Shown here piece after piece: positions 1 through 9,013 of a DNA stretch of 64,000 nt (within the stretch, counting starts at the first letter, position 1; the number at the start of each line of letters is the position of its first letter). Source of the DNA: a virus (Duplodnaviria > Heunggongvirae > Uroviricota > Caudoviricetes); IMG/VR virus record IMGVR_UViG_3300001373_000069, one strand, 5' to 3'. The notes beneath the pieces were generated by a model. The model ran no database searches, had not been told where the DNA came from, and saw only the letters and a list, made by a program, of their open reading frames with translations. The position numbers and the translations under genes were made by a program.

Positions 1-893
1 TTACCTAGAAATAGCTTACGTTGTGTAGTTGAATTCCAGCTTACCTTAAACTCATCCTGAGGTTGGATTAAAGCCTCACCTATAGCATTATCATCTGTTG
101 ATAGCATGGCTACCAATTTAGGGTCTGCTAATACGGCTTTATTTAATTCTACCAATAAGGCATCTCTATCTTCTTCTAGTGTTTTGGCTACCGACAGCCA
201 TTGTTTTGCATCAAATCGCATTGGAGTTACCTCCATTTCAGCGTACACTTTTACAACTTCACGTTCTACGGTATCGTAAATATACCATAATTCAAATCCC
301 TCAAGTAACCCTTTAAGAGTACTTGCAAGATCCCCGAGAAACATAACATCGATAGAGGCATAAATTATTTGCTTCTTAGTGAATGGTTCTCTGGTAAACG
401 TTTTCTGATCTGCTTTATCCATTGTTATCTTAAAGAATCTTTCAAGACAACCTGCTAAGCTATGATAACCGGCCGGTAATTCCAAACCAGTATTCAATAC
501 CTTACTCATTAAAAACGTATCGTGTACTGAGTTGAGTATAAAACCAAATTTATTTTGAACCACAAGAATATCAAACTTAGCGTTGTGGATATAGAATGTT
601 ATATCGGTACGACGTAGGACTGCTTCTAATACTCGTAACCAATCATCTGCCAAATCAACTATATCAAAGATCCATTGATCTTCTCCATCCATACTTCCAA
701 GCTGACATACTAACATTTCTCGATCCTGATGTTCATTAGGACCTTCATTGATAGTAGTCTCGGTATCCAACTGAGCTTCAGTTAGATGAGCGGCCCAATG
801 AACGAATTCATCTATGGAACCTTCTACTATATCATCAGTTGATAAATCTTTCCAATCATAGTTTTCACTACGACTCGTGATAAAGTAAATCAT
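1..893 (-). CDS. Family A DNA polymerase, N-terminal 3'-5' exonuclease domain (partial; gene continues past left edge of window)
   Basis: Minus-frame translation from ATG at 893..891 gives MIYFITS...; ExoI-like 'AQLDTETT', ExoII-like 'FYIHNAKFDILV', ExoIII-like 'YASIDVMFL' motifs. Frame remains open to coordinate 1, so it is absent from the ORF track. Confidence 0.7.
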   Translation of the reverse strand, partial: MIYFITSRSENYDWKDLSTDDIVEGSIDEFVHWAAHLTEAQLDTETTINEGPNEHQDREMLVCQLGSMDGEDQWIFDIVDLADDWLRVLEAVLRRTDITFYIHNAKFDILVVQNKFGFILNSVHDTFLMSKVLNTGLELPAGYHSLAGCLERFFKITMDKADQKTFTREPFTKKQIIYASIDVMFLGDLASTLKGLLEGFELWYIYDTVEREVVKVYAEMEVTPMRFDAKQWLSVAKTLEEDRDALLVELNKAVLADPKLVAMLSTDDNAIGEALIQPQDEFKVSWNSTTQRKLFLG

Positions 894-1320
894 CGGATAA
901 CTCTGTTTCTGTGTCTAAAAACATTGATTGGTTAAACTGGAAGTTAACCTTGTTAGATAGAGCTAATTTTGCTTCCTCTGAATTAGGAGAAAACTTAATT
1001 GTTTGAAATTTAGGTGGTTTGTTAGTAAGTTTGTAGCCAGCAGTAAGTGCCGCATTCAAAAATGCTTGTTTACTTTCGGTCATTTCCATTTCTTCAGGAA
1101 CTATCACTAAATCGTCAGGTACATGGTACATTCCAAATAATGGAAACTCATATTCTCCTGTCTCTTTGTTAAATAGAGCTGTTATCCCACGGAAGTTAGC
1201 TTTATGTTTTTTGTACAAACCCGACTTTAATAGAGTTATTTTACTTTTAGAAACAAATGGAAACACTGGGTATGTGTCGTCATTGAATCTAGTATTTAAT
1301 TGTTCGAATTCTTTATTCAT
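868..1320 (-). CDS. hypothetical protein (150 aa)
   Basis: ORF track; compact minus-strand gene array. Confidence 0.5.
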   Translation of the reverse strand: MNKEFEQLNTRFNDDTYPVFPFVSKSKITLLKSGLYKKHKANFRGITALFNKETGEYEFPLFGMYHVPDDLVIVPEEMEMTESKQAFLNAALTAGYKLTNKPPKFQTIKFSPNSEEAKLALSNKVNFQFNQSMFLDTETELSDDLLYHES

Positions 1321-1337
1321 ATTAAATGATATGTTAT

Positions 1338-1910
1338 TTATATCTTACCTTGTAATAACAAAGCCATTTTTGCATGAAAGGCCAATAGTTCATCGGCCTT
1401 TACATAATCCAGTTCCTCTCTAGGTAACTGAGACAAGCCATTACAGATAAGTTTACTTGAGGTCTCGTCGTAATCAAACGACGCTAAGATTAGATCTCCC
1501 TTCACAGGAAGGTTATTAAGATCTACGTTTTCTAGAAATATAGCACCAGTCAGAAAACAAGACTTTATAGTGTCAAATGGCACTGTAGGAGTATTATTTA
1601 GAATACCAACAATCTTCTCCAGCCCCTCAGGAGTGGTTACTCGTAGGGGAATCAATATTCTTGGGTATTCATCATCAATCACATTAGCTTCAGTTACAGA
1701 GTAACTAACTCTAACCATATACACACCAGGCTTTGTAACTAATTGGTAGTTACGTAGCAGTTTACTGTGGAAGATTGCACTGCTCATCTTTGTACTTTTT
1801 GGCCCATTCCTGGACAAACCATAACTGACCACATCCACCACCAATATCATCCTGACCAGCAGGGTTGAATACTCGAGTAGAATAACCGGCCGCAGCCATT
1901 TTGGGTGCAA
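1338..1910 (-). CDS. hypothetical protein; true start probably at an internal Met (~1787), because the 5' part overlaps the preceding radical-SAM gene in another frame
   Basis: ORF track; 150-nt overlap with 1762..2691. Confidence 0.4.
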   Translation of the reverse strand: MHPKWLRPVILLEYSTLLVRMILVVDVVSYGLSRNGPKSTKMSSAIFHSKLLRNYQLVTKPGVYMVRVSYSVTEANVIDDEYPRILIPLRVTTPEGLEKIVGILNNTPTVPFDTIKSCFLTGAIFLENVDLNNLPVKGDLILASFDYDETSSKLICNGLSQLPREELDYVKADELLAFHAKMALLLQGKI

Positions 1911-2691
1911 AATCTGTTACCAGAGTCAGCTTATCTTCGATAGCATTCTTCATTGATTGATCTTTCTCACAGATTACCGATAGAGTAACTTCCCAAATAC
2001 TGGGTTTGAAACACGCTAATAATCTGTTAACATCTAGATCGGTATTATTACCATCGTGCACACAGTAGTTAAAAAAAGGACGTCGTTTGGTAATGGAATT
2101 CCATAACTCTCCAACTCTACCTATTGTACACAAAGAATTAGTCCTGCTTGGTATTAGTTTATTACGCGCGATATCATAAGATTCATGGACAGAGAATTGT
2201 ATACCAATGGCTGGAATCAATTCTGATAATTTAATAAATCTACCAAAGATATTAGGACCAATACCGGTATTTATCTTTTCTGTTCCAAACGGTAATGTTG
2301 TACTTACCAGTAACTGAGCATTCTCGTAAAGAAGATTGAGATCCTGAATAGCATTTTCAAGTTCATCATAGTTTAGTAATGGTTCTCCCATTGACATGAA
2401 CATAATCTGAAACTTCTTTACACTACTTACATCTACACCAGTATAATCAACTGCATACTTAACTTGAGCAACAATCTCTTCGGCTGTTAGGTTACGAGTA
2501 AAGAATTTACCTGTACCACAGAATACACAACCAACCGGGCATCCACTCTGGGTGGAACAACAAATTACTGTGCGATCCTCGTATGTTGGATACTTGTACA
2601 AAACTGCTTCTGCAACAGCATCCTTTGATTCGAATACAAACTTAACTACATTCTCGTCACTACTTGGTATTGTTTTAATTGATTCAAACAT
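1762..2691 (-). CDS. RlmN/Cfr-family radical SAM RNA methyltransferase-like protein
   Basis: CxxxCxxC 'CSTQSGCPVGCVFCGTG' followed by 'NLTAEEIVAQV'; 'SMGEPLLN' and C-terminal 'DIGGGCGQL' match the RlmN/Cfr layout (CVSSQVGC..C.FC.TG / GMGEPL / DIDAACGQL). Confidence 0.7.
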   Translation of the reverse strand: MFESIKTIPSSDENVVKFVFESKDAVAEAVLYKYPTYEDRTVICCSTQSGCPVGCVFCGTGKFFTRNLTAEEIVAQVKYAVDYTGVDVSSVKKFQIMFMSMGEPLLNYDELENAIQDLNLLYENAQLLVSTTLPFGTEKINTGIGPNIFGRFIKLSELIPAIGIQFSVHESYDIARNKLIPSRTNSLCTIGRVGELWNSITKRRPFFNYCVHDGNNTDLDVNRLLACFKPSIWEVTLSVICEKDQSMKNAIEDKLTLVTDFAPKMAAAGYSTRVFNPAGQDDIGGGCGQLWFVQEWAKKYKDEQCNLPQ

Positions 2692-2701
2692 TTAATTTAT
2701 T

Positions 2702-3031
2702 TTACGATTCATTAACATTATCGTGTACTTCTACCTCTGTGGTATCAGCTTCATTAAAAAGAAATACTCCATTTTCGTCGAAATGACTTAAAACATATTC
2801 TCTTCGAGAGACGCTTAAACCACATGTTTTAGCCTGAATCTGTTCATACACGTCTCGTAAAGTATATTTACCATTCATGTATTGTAACACCTCTTCCTTC
2901 ATATTCATAATTTGAGTATGTTCTGGGTATGGGTTTGAACTCCATTCCTCTGGGTTCTTCGGATTCTGATAAGCTCCACCAACTTCTTCTGCATCAGATC
3001 CATCGGCAGTCTTACCTCTAAAAATAGGCAT
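2702..3031 (-). CDS. hypothetical protein (109 aa)
   Basis: ORF track; starts directly after the stop of helicase exon 2. Confidence 0.5.
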   Translation of the reverse strand: MPIFRGKTADGSDAEEVGGAYQNPKNPEEWSSNPYPEHTQIMNMKEEVLQYMNGKYTLRDVYEQIQAKTCGLSVSRREYVLSHFDENGVFLFNEADTTEVEVHDNVNES

Positions 3032-3033
3032 AG

Positions 3034-3180
3034 TTATCCATTTTTATTGTAAATAATAAGCTCTTTACGAGCGCGTGTCATAGCAACATATAGAGCTTGA
3101 AACCTTTGTTTCCACTCGATAGGCTTAACATCCATAATCTCACCTTCACAAACATACACGTTGTTTAAGGTCATTCCTTG
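3034..3180 (-). CDS. SF1 Dda/RecD-like helicase, 3' exon (motif V tail + motif VI)
   Basis: Minus frame from 3180: QGMTLNNVYVCEGEIMDVKPIEWKQRFQALYVAMTRARKELIIYNKNG*. Joined to exon 1 it gives ...YAYATSLYKA|QGMTLNNVYV (consensus TIHKAQGSTFDNVYV) and YVAMTRARKEL (motif VI). The base preceding the exon on the minus strand is G (omega-G). Confidence 0.7.
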   Translation of the reverse strand, partial: QGMTLNNVYVCEGEIMDVKPIEWKQRFQALYVAMTRARKELIIYNKNG

Positions 3181-4238
3181 CAGTTACCTTATACCTTTCA
3201 ATATAAGCCGGACTATCCCTTAATCTTTAAATTTCCAAAAATACCCAAATGCCTTAATAGTTTTACCATTACAGCATCTTATTATACCAGATTGTCTATT
3301 ACTAGGTAATCCAAGTTTAATAATTGCTAATGCAACAGTGTCGAAAGCCTCGACAAATCCATTTTCATCAGATTGAATCACTCCAGGATATTTAGACATA
3401 CCTTTATTAAAAGGTATTCTACCCTTAAGTCTACTCTTTTGTTCTTCTGTAAATAGTCTTCCACTACTAGCTTTAGATAATTTTAGTTTTGTATCTTTAC
3501 TATGCTTCTTACCTTTCATAGGATGTATAGCACCTGGTTTATTCAACCAGTGACCATTTAAACCAACAGACTCTCTCCAACTATCAATTTGATGCTCGGT
3601 ACGTTTTCTACCTAAAGCATTATTTGATAATTTTAACCTAACTATTGACTTATTGGATTCTGATAATCCTGAAAAGGTGTCACCGCCATCTCCTCCCATA
3701 GTCATATTAGTTAAAGAAAACCCCCACTGAATCAATTGACTGATCCAATATATTTCTAATTCATAAGCATCTTGTTTAGTTTCACAACTATCAAGTTCTT
3801 TTATTAGAGGTTCTAATCCTTTGCTTCTTAATGACTTAATCCAAGAGAGACGTTTATTCCATTTTCTAGTTTCTTTTTCAGCCTCATCCAAGTTCTTTAG
3901 ATGACCGTAAAGTCTTTTTGATAAAGACTTCTTAGTATACCCTACATATCTAACCTCATTAGATATAGGGTCTTCAAGTGTATAAATGTAATATGTTTCC
4001 ATAGTACTATTATAGTAAAAACTAGTTGCATAATCATAGATATAATAAAGATTCCCCCATTATAGTCTCTGAACCTTGAACTCTTTAAAGTTCCTTGGCT
4101 GCGGATTATCCAATTCAACATCTTGTTACCATACCATAATGATTAGTTATGCCGCGTATAGTTCGCACTATACGTTTGGTAATGTTGACTTAAGGAAGTC
4201 CCCGCAATTTAGAGGGTTTTATAAGGCCCATAGTATTA
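3181..4238 (-). other. Group I intron (approx. 1058 nt) interrupting the helicase gene, carrying a GIY-YIG HEG
   Basis: The 5' exon ends in U (..gct) followed by an in-frame stop. The intron's 3' terminal base is G. The intron contains a free-standing HEG ORF and GC-richer structured-looking flanks (4003..4235). Confidence 0.6.
3220..4002 (-). CDS. GIY-YIG homing endonuclease (intron-encoded)
   Basis: N-terminal 'YYIYTLEDPISNEVRYVGYTKKSLSKRLYGH' GIY-YIG motif. Confidence 0.85.
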   Translation of the reverse strand: METYYIYTLEDPISNEVRYVGYTKKSLSKRLYGHLKNLDEAEKETRKWNKRLSWIKSLRSKGLEPLIKELDSCETKQDAYELEIYWISQLIQWGFSLTNMTMGGDGGDTFSGLSESNKSIVRLKLSNNALGRKRTEHQIDSWRESVGLNGHWLNKPGAIHPMKGKKHSKDTKLKLSKASSGRLFTEEQKSRLKGRIPFNKGMSKYPGVIQSDENGFVEAFDTVALAIIKLGLPSNRQSGIIRCCNGKTIKAFGYFWKFKD

Positions 4239-5375
4239 AGCCTTGTACAGCGATGTAGCATAGGCATAATCAAACACAGCAAACGACTGTAAGAATTGAT
4301 TGTAGCGGCTCCATTGACCATATTCGGCGGCCTCCTTGTAACGTTGTCTACGAACTATCTCGTAAGCAGTCTGAGCTTCCTCTGTGTTCATCACGACTGG
4401 TATTCCGGTAGCTGTAGTTGGTACATTATCCAGGGCTAGATATGCACATGGTATACCAAAGGGACCTAACTGATAAGCTATCCCAGTAACTACCGAAATC
4501 TGACCATTATGGATTATAGGAGATCTGTTAACTGAAAATCCTCCTCGAGATATGATTATCTCATTTCTTTCGAATTGATGGGAGTTCTTTCCGTATATTC
4601 TCTCTCTTACCCCAGTATTTAAAAGCTCAATAGTCGAGTTCTTATAGGCTAGTATACGAGTATGATTCTTATCGTTACGATTACTAATTATATCATTAGC
4701 GGCCCGATCAACAGTACAATGAATATCATTCATAAATCTATAACCGGTATCACCTCTCATACAATCCTGTCTACCATACTCTTCTTCGAGAATATACTTA
4801 TTGAACGGTAGATCTTTATTGATGTTATCGATCTCTTGTCTAATCCTGACAGCTAATTCACCGATCGGTCCTTCGAATCGTTGCGAAGTAGTCAACTCAG
4901 CATCTATTCTATCAAATTCTTGTTTTACTGGAGGTAATTGAAATGGGTCGCCAACCACAATTAAGTGAATATCACGAATACTAACCTCGTGCAGAATTGC
5001 GTCAACCAGCGGATCATCTATCATTGATGCCTCATCTATCAAAAGAATCTCAGTACCATCAATTTTCATGTTACCGTTCTTATTTCTTTTAAATGAGATT
5101 TCTTCCGAGGAGTCGTCCATTTGCATGCCAAGTAGTTGTGCTATTGTAAAACTAGTTCCAATAGACTGCTTCAATACTTCTTTAGCAGAGTGTGCTATGG
5201 TTCCACCAACTACTTTCCTTTTCTCGTGCTGCAAAGCCTCTTTTAACATAAAAGTCTTACCACTACCAGGAGGCCCCGATAATACAAAGAACTCGTTTGC
5301 TTGAGCAGGTTTACTTAAGAAATCACGGATTCCTTCGGCAGCTACTTTCTGTTCCTGAGTTAATGTTGATATCAT
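4239..5375 (-). CDS. SF1 Dda/RecD-like DNA helicase, 5' exon
   Basis: Walker A 'GPPGSGKT', motif II 'LLIDEASMI', motif III 'VVGDPFQLPPV'; ORF stops abruptly inside motif V (..FDYAYATSLYKA*). Confidence 0.8.
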
Positions 5376-6445
5376 ACTAATACCATTTTACCTCCACTAT
5401 TAACACATAATTCATCAAGTTCTTTGTTTCTATTTGTGGAAACAGCAAACAAGCGAATATTAGACGGGAAATTAACTATACTCTCCAATCCATCTGTAAT
5501 AAAGATGACTGAATTACTATCATACTTCTTGATATGGTTGTACACGTTTTTCCACCCTTTAGCACTGAGTACCGGAGAAAATTTATAATTGACATACTCT
5601 TTTAGATCCTGTCTTGTATTTAACACAATCTCTTTAACTGGCATATTATTGAACTCCAATATGGTAACTTCAGTAACATCATCGATAAAAGAATCTAACA
5701 GGCTGAGTAGTACAGCTTTAACAATAGAAAAATACTTGGGATTAGTTGACGTAGACCAGGAAACATCCACCATAACCACAACACTGTTGTTCTGGTTCAT
5801 GATGACCTTAGATTCCCGTATGAAGGGTTTCTTCAAGGCTATGTCGGTCTTAAAGGAAGGTAAAGCAAACCTATACTTCCTAATCTTGTGAATGTCACTT
5901 AGTTTAGATAGTCTAGATACTTGAGATACTCTTGTGGGAAATAATTCACCGGCGACATGCTTCATACCATTGTAAAACTTAATGATATCAAGAAGTTCAT
6001 CGGTTAGAACCAGTTCGTTAGCAGGTATACTGGCATCGATCCCTAATAATTCAAGGTGTTCAGGGTTAATCGTAGATATATCATCTTTATAGTTCATCTG
6101 TCTAGATTCCATATCAATAAGAATGGGATTACCAGAAAGTCTACAATATTCTGCACTACGAAGGTTAACCTTAGGGGATATTAGTTTTAGTACGTTGATA
6201 GCAAACTCAATAGGATTATTGGTTTCTACAGAATCAGCATTAACCATATCCATAAGCTCAATAAGAGTTTCTGTGTACGGAGATGGTCTTCCCGTGGCAC
6301 CATAAGCATTCAACATCTTATAGATTCTTAGATAAGCCATGTCTGAAACAATACTAATCGGAATATATCCTTCATACCCCATTCTCTCTGCACTACGCAT
6401 AATATCATATGCAGTAACTATAAAGTTATGAGGAGCTTTCACCAT
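5372..6445 (-). CDS. von Willebrand factor A (vWA) domain protein, partner of MoxR-like ATPase
   Basis: MIDAS-like 'VVMVDVSWSTS'; overlaps and is co-oriented with the upstream AAA gene. Confidence 0.65.
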   Translation of the reverse strand: MVKAPHNFIVTAYDIMRSAERMGYEGYIPISIVSDMAYLRIYKMLNAYGATGRPSPYTETLIELMDMVNADSVETNNPIEFAINVLKLISPKVNLRSAEYCRLSGNPILIDMESRQMNYKDDISTINPEHLELLGIDASIPANELVLTDELLDIIKFYNGMKHVAGELFPTRVSQVSRLSKLSDIHKIRKYRFALPSFKTDIALKKPFIRESKVIMNQNNSVVVMVDVSWSTSTNPKYFSIVKAVLLSLLDSFIDDVTEVTILEFNNMPVKEIVLNTRQDLKEYVNYKFSPVLSAKGWKNVYNHIKKYDSNSVIFITDGLESIVNFPSNIRLFAVSTNRNKELDELCVNSGGKMVLV

Positions 6446-7547
6446 TGATTATAAAGAATAATTGAGACTCGACCTCACACCCAAGTTCACCTACAATTCT
6501 ATACCTTAGCGAATGTTCAAGTGTAGAACATCGGTTTATAAAGGTTAGTATCTCTGTAGTATTCTCTTGATGTTTAGAAGTAACCTCTGTTAGTTTGCTT
6601 ACAATGAAATTGATTTCAGCTAAGGCACTAGTAATAGCCCTAATGGTTGTAAGAGGTTTACTTTCCAAATTATCGGCCCATTTATTAGCTCGATCTAGTA
6701 CAGCTTTTATCCTGAATCTCTCTGTTACAAAAGAACAATACATTAAGACTTCAGTCATATCAGCAGTATCTAACCCATCAACATATTGAAGAACACGTAT
6801 ATCCTTATGAACATCAAGAAGATCAGAAGCATCCTTGATAACCCTTGGGGATACCAAATCAATAGTCCTGGCTGCAGTTTCTGCTAATACATCATAGAGA
6901 AGGCTCTGAGCATCTACTTGGTCTGGTTTAACCACCTTTAGGAAATCTAAATAAGCTTCATGAGAATAATGATCCCACATTACTTTAATTCTAATAGGGA
7001 ATCTTTCCTTATAAAAAGCAGCACTAGAATCATCAATACTGACATCTTCTGGGCTCTTGTTGGTGCATATAATAACAGAACTTATTAACGATTCGGTGAA
7101 CCTACCATTCTGTCTTAATCCGCCTTCGGTTAAGATATCCTTCAATGCAGCAGCAGTAGATGGTCTGGCATCCAGAAATTCTTCAAGAATCAATACTCCA
7201 GGACTACTAAATACACTACGATCAAACGCTGTTTCATATACAGAGGTTTCAGTCAATTTCTTGATGTTTGGTATACCAAGTAAAGCCTCGACTTCCATAT
7301 CTTCATAACCAACAATTGTTGGGGCTGGTATACTAACATAGTCAAGAAAAGCCTTTACAATTTGTGATTTACCAAATCCTCCTGGTCCATACAGTATAAC
7401 ATTCTTACCAGTTGTAGTACCGAGGTATAATGCCTCTATAACCTTGTTCATATTGTAGAAACGTTTACTAAGTGCTTCTTGAATAGATTGTAGTGAATGA
7501 GATAATATTGTCTCTCTTATCGATGTTACAACTTCTGTCCTGTTCAT
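6426..7547 (-). CDS. MoxR-like AAA+ ATPase
   Basis: Walker A 'LYGPGGFGKSQIV'; paired with downstream vWA gene. Confidence 0.65.
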   Translation of the reverse strand: MNRTEVVTSIRETILSHSLQSIQEALSKRFYNMNKVIEALYLGTTTGKNVILYGPGGFGKSQIVKAFLDYVSIPAPTIVGYEDMEVEALLGIPNIKKLTETSVYETAFDRSVFSSPGVLILEEFLDARPSTAAALKDILTEGGLRQNGRFTESLISSVIICTNKSPEDVSIDDSSAAFYKERFPIRIKVMWDHYSHEAYLDFLKVVKPDQVDAQSLLYDVLAETAARTIDLVSPRVIKDASDLLDVHKDIRVLQYVDGLDTADMTEVLMYCSFVTERFRIKAVLDRANKWADNLESKPLTTIRAITSALAEINFIVSKLTEVTSKHQENTTEILTFINRCSTLEHSLRYRIVGELGCEVESQLFFIINGESSS

Positions 7548-7548
7548 A

Positions 7549-8514
7549 TTAAAGACCTAAGAAATCAACATCAGAATCAGATGGTTGATCGTTTTCATCT
7601 GGTATCTCAAACTCTGTTAACTCTGGAATTTCAAATCCATCAGGGGCCTCATCTAACATACGCAATAATGTGTATTGCTGACGTATATATCCTTTCCACC
7701 CACCATCATTCTTTTCGATCACTTTACGTTTGGTTGCTCCTATTACAAACAATCTCTTTTGGCGCTCTTGCTGCTTAGCGGTCATACTTTCAAGTTCATC
7801 ATTATCGGCAGCAAAAGCCAACCATTCATCCTCAATTTCTTTTTGGATATCTGGTTCAACTATATTTTTATCAAAATGATTTTTATACATTCTGATTATC
7901 ATCCACTTAAGTTGTACAGAATTAGTACAAGTCTCAACTAGGTCAGCAGCTTTCTTTGGACCAATACCAGGTAATCCTTTGATATTATCAGTAGTATCAC
8001 CTTTCAGCATTTGTTCAGCAAAAAACTTATCAGCAGAGAACTTATCCATTACTGTGAACTTGTGTTTGTTCATATCAAAATGTATAGTACCCGCAATTTG
8101 TTTTAGATCTTTATCAGCCGTTATGATAACAATTTCATCAAATTCGTTTTCATATTTAGCTTTTGCAATAGCAACAGCATCATCAGCCTCAATACCAGCT
8201 ACTGACATAAAATTCCACCTGTCAGTCATTTCCTGGTGTATAGTCGGTCTCCACTTTGTAATAAAGTCAGGAGTTTCCGGTCGATTCTTCTTATACTCTG
8301 GATCCACAGCGTATCTAAAGTTTGGTATTCTTGTCTTGTCACTGGAACCATAAAATCCAACATAATGTGTTGCTTTGGCCTCGTGCAGTAATTCACTAAT
8401 AAATTGGTTTAGATTTATCTTAACCATATTAGCGACTTTCTTAGTTCGAAACTTATATGCAACAATGTAGATCATAGAATCAGCATCAATTATCGCTAAT
8501 CTCTTCATCTTCAA
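7549..8514 (-). CDS. Flap endonuclease / 5'-3' exonuclease (RNase H-like, FEN family)
   Basis: N-terminal 'LAIIDADSMIYIVAY' PIN-like start; H3TH 'GLPGIGPKKAADL'. Confidence 0.8.
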   Translation of the reverse strand: MKMKRLAIIDADSMIYIVAYKFRTKKVANMVKINLNQFISELLHEAKATHYVGFYGSSDKTRIPNFRYAVDPEYKKNRPETPDFITKWRPTIHQEMTDRWNFMSVAGIEADDAVAIAKAKYENEFDEIVIITADKDLKQIAGTIHFDMNKHKFTVMDKFSADKFFAEQMLKGDTTDNIKGLPGIGPKKAADLVETCTNSVQLKWMIIRMYKNHFDKNIVEPDIQKEIEDEWLAFAADNDELESMTAKQQERQKRLFVIGATKRKVIEKNDGGWKGYIRQQYTLLRMLDEAPDGFEIPELTEFEIPDENDQPSDSDVDFLGL

Positions 8515-8707
8515 TAATTAAATTTGAATTATCCTCACATAATACTATGGTAAGCGCCTGAATTTTGGTCTTACCTATAGATGTTTGTAGAATTATTTTA
8601 CCGTCTGGTGACATGGCACCAAAAACATCGGCACCATCGTAGGTTTCCTTACCATCGACAGTAATAGACTCGATTTTAATATTTACTTTCTTTAACTTAA
8701 CACTCAT
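8486..8707 (-). CDS. hypothetical protein (73 aa)
   Basis: ORF track. Confidence 0.4.
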   Translation of the reverse strand: MSVKLKKVNIKIESITVDGKETYDGADVFGAMSPDGKIILQTSIGKTKIQALTIVLCEDNSNLIIEDEEISDN

Positions 8708-8712
8708 AGCTA

Positions 8713-8742
8713 TAAATAAAAAAAGACTACAAACTGTAGTCC
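8713..8742 (-). terminator. Rho-independent terminator-like hairpin (GGACTACAGTTTGTAGTCC) followed by a U-run
   Basis: Inverted repeat 8725..8742 plus A-run 8715..8724 on the plus strand (U-run on the minus transcript). Confidence 0.45.
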
Positions 8743-8981
8743 TTACTAATATACATTGAAGCTTTGCGAAAAGCTTTGAAAGTCTTTTCTAGACCTAATG
8801 TTATTTTACGTGCCTCACGAGCAACCTTTTTATTACCTGTTTCTAGAAACTTAACTGAAAGAACAGTAAATTCGCCTGATAAGTTACTAATAATGTCTAC
8901 TAACTCAGTAGATGTTTTTGTTGATAGATCAACTTTTCCTTTGTTGATAGCATCGGATAATACCACTAATTCTCTTGTCAT
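8727..8981 (-). CDS. hypothetical protein (84 aa)
   Basis: ORF track. Confidence 0.45.
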   Translation of the reverse strand: MTRELVVLSDAINKGKVDLSTKTSTELVDIISNLSGEFTVLSVKFLETGNKKVAREARKITLGLEKTFKAFRKASMYISKDYSL

Positions 8982-9013
8982 TTCTTCTTGTTATTAATTT
9001 TATTTGTGTAAGT

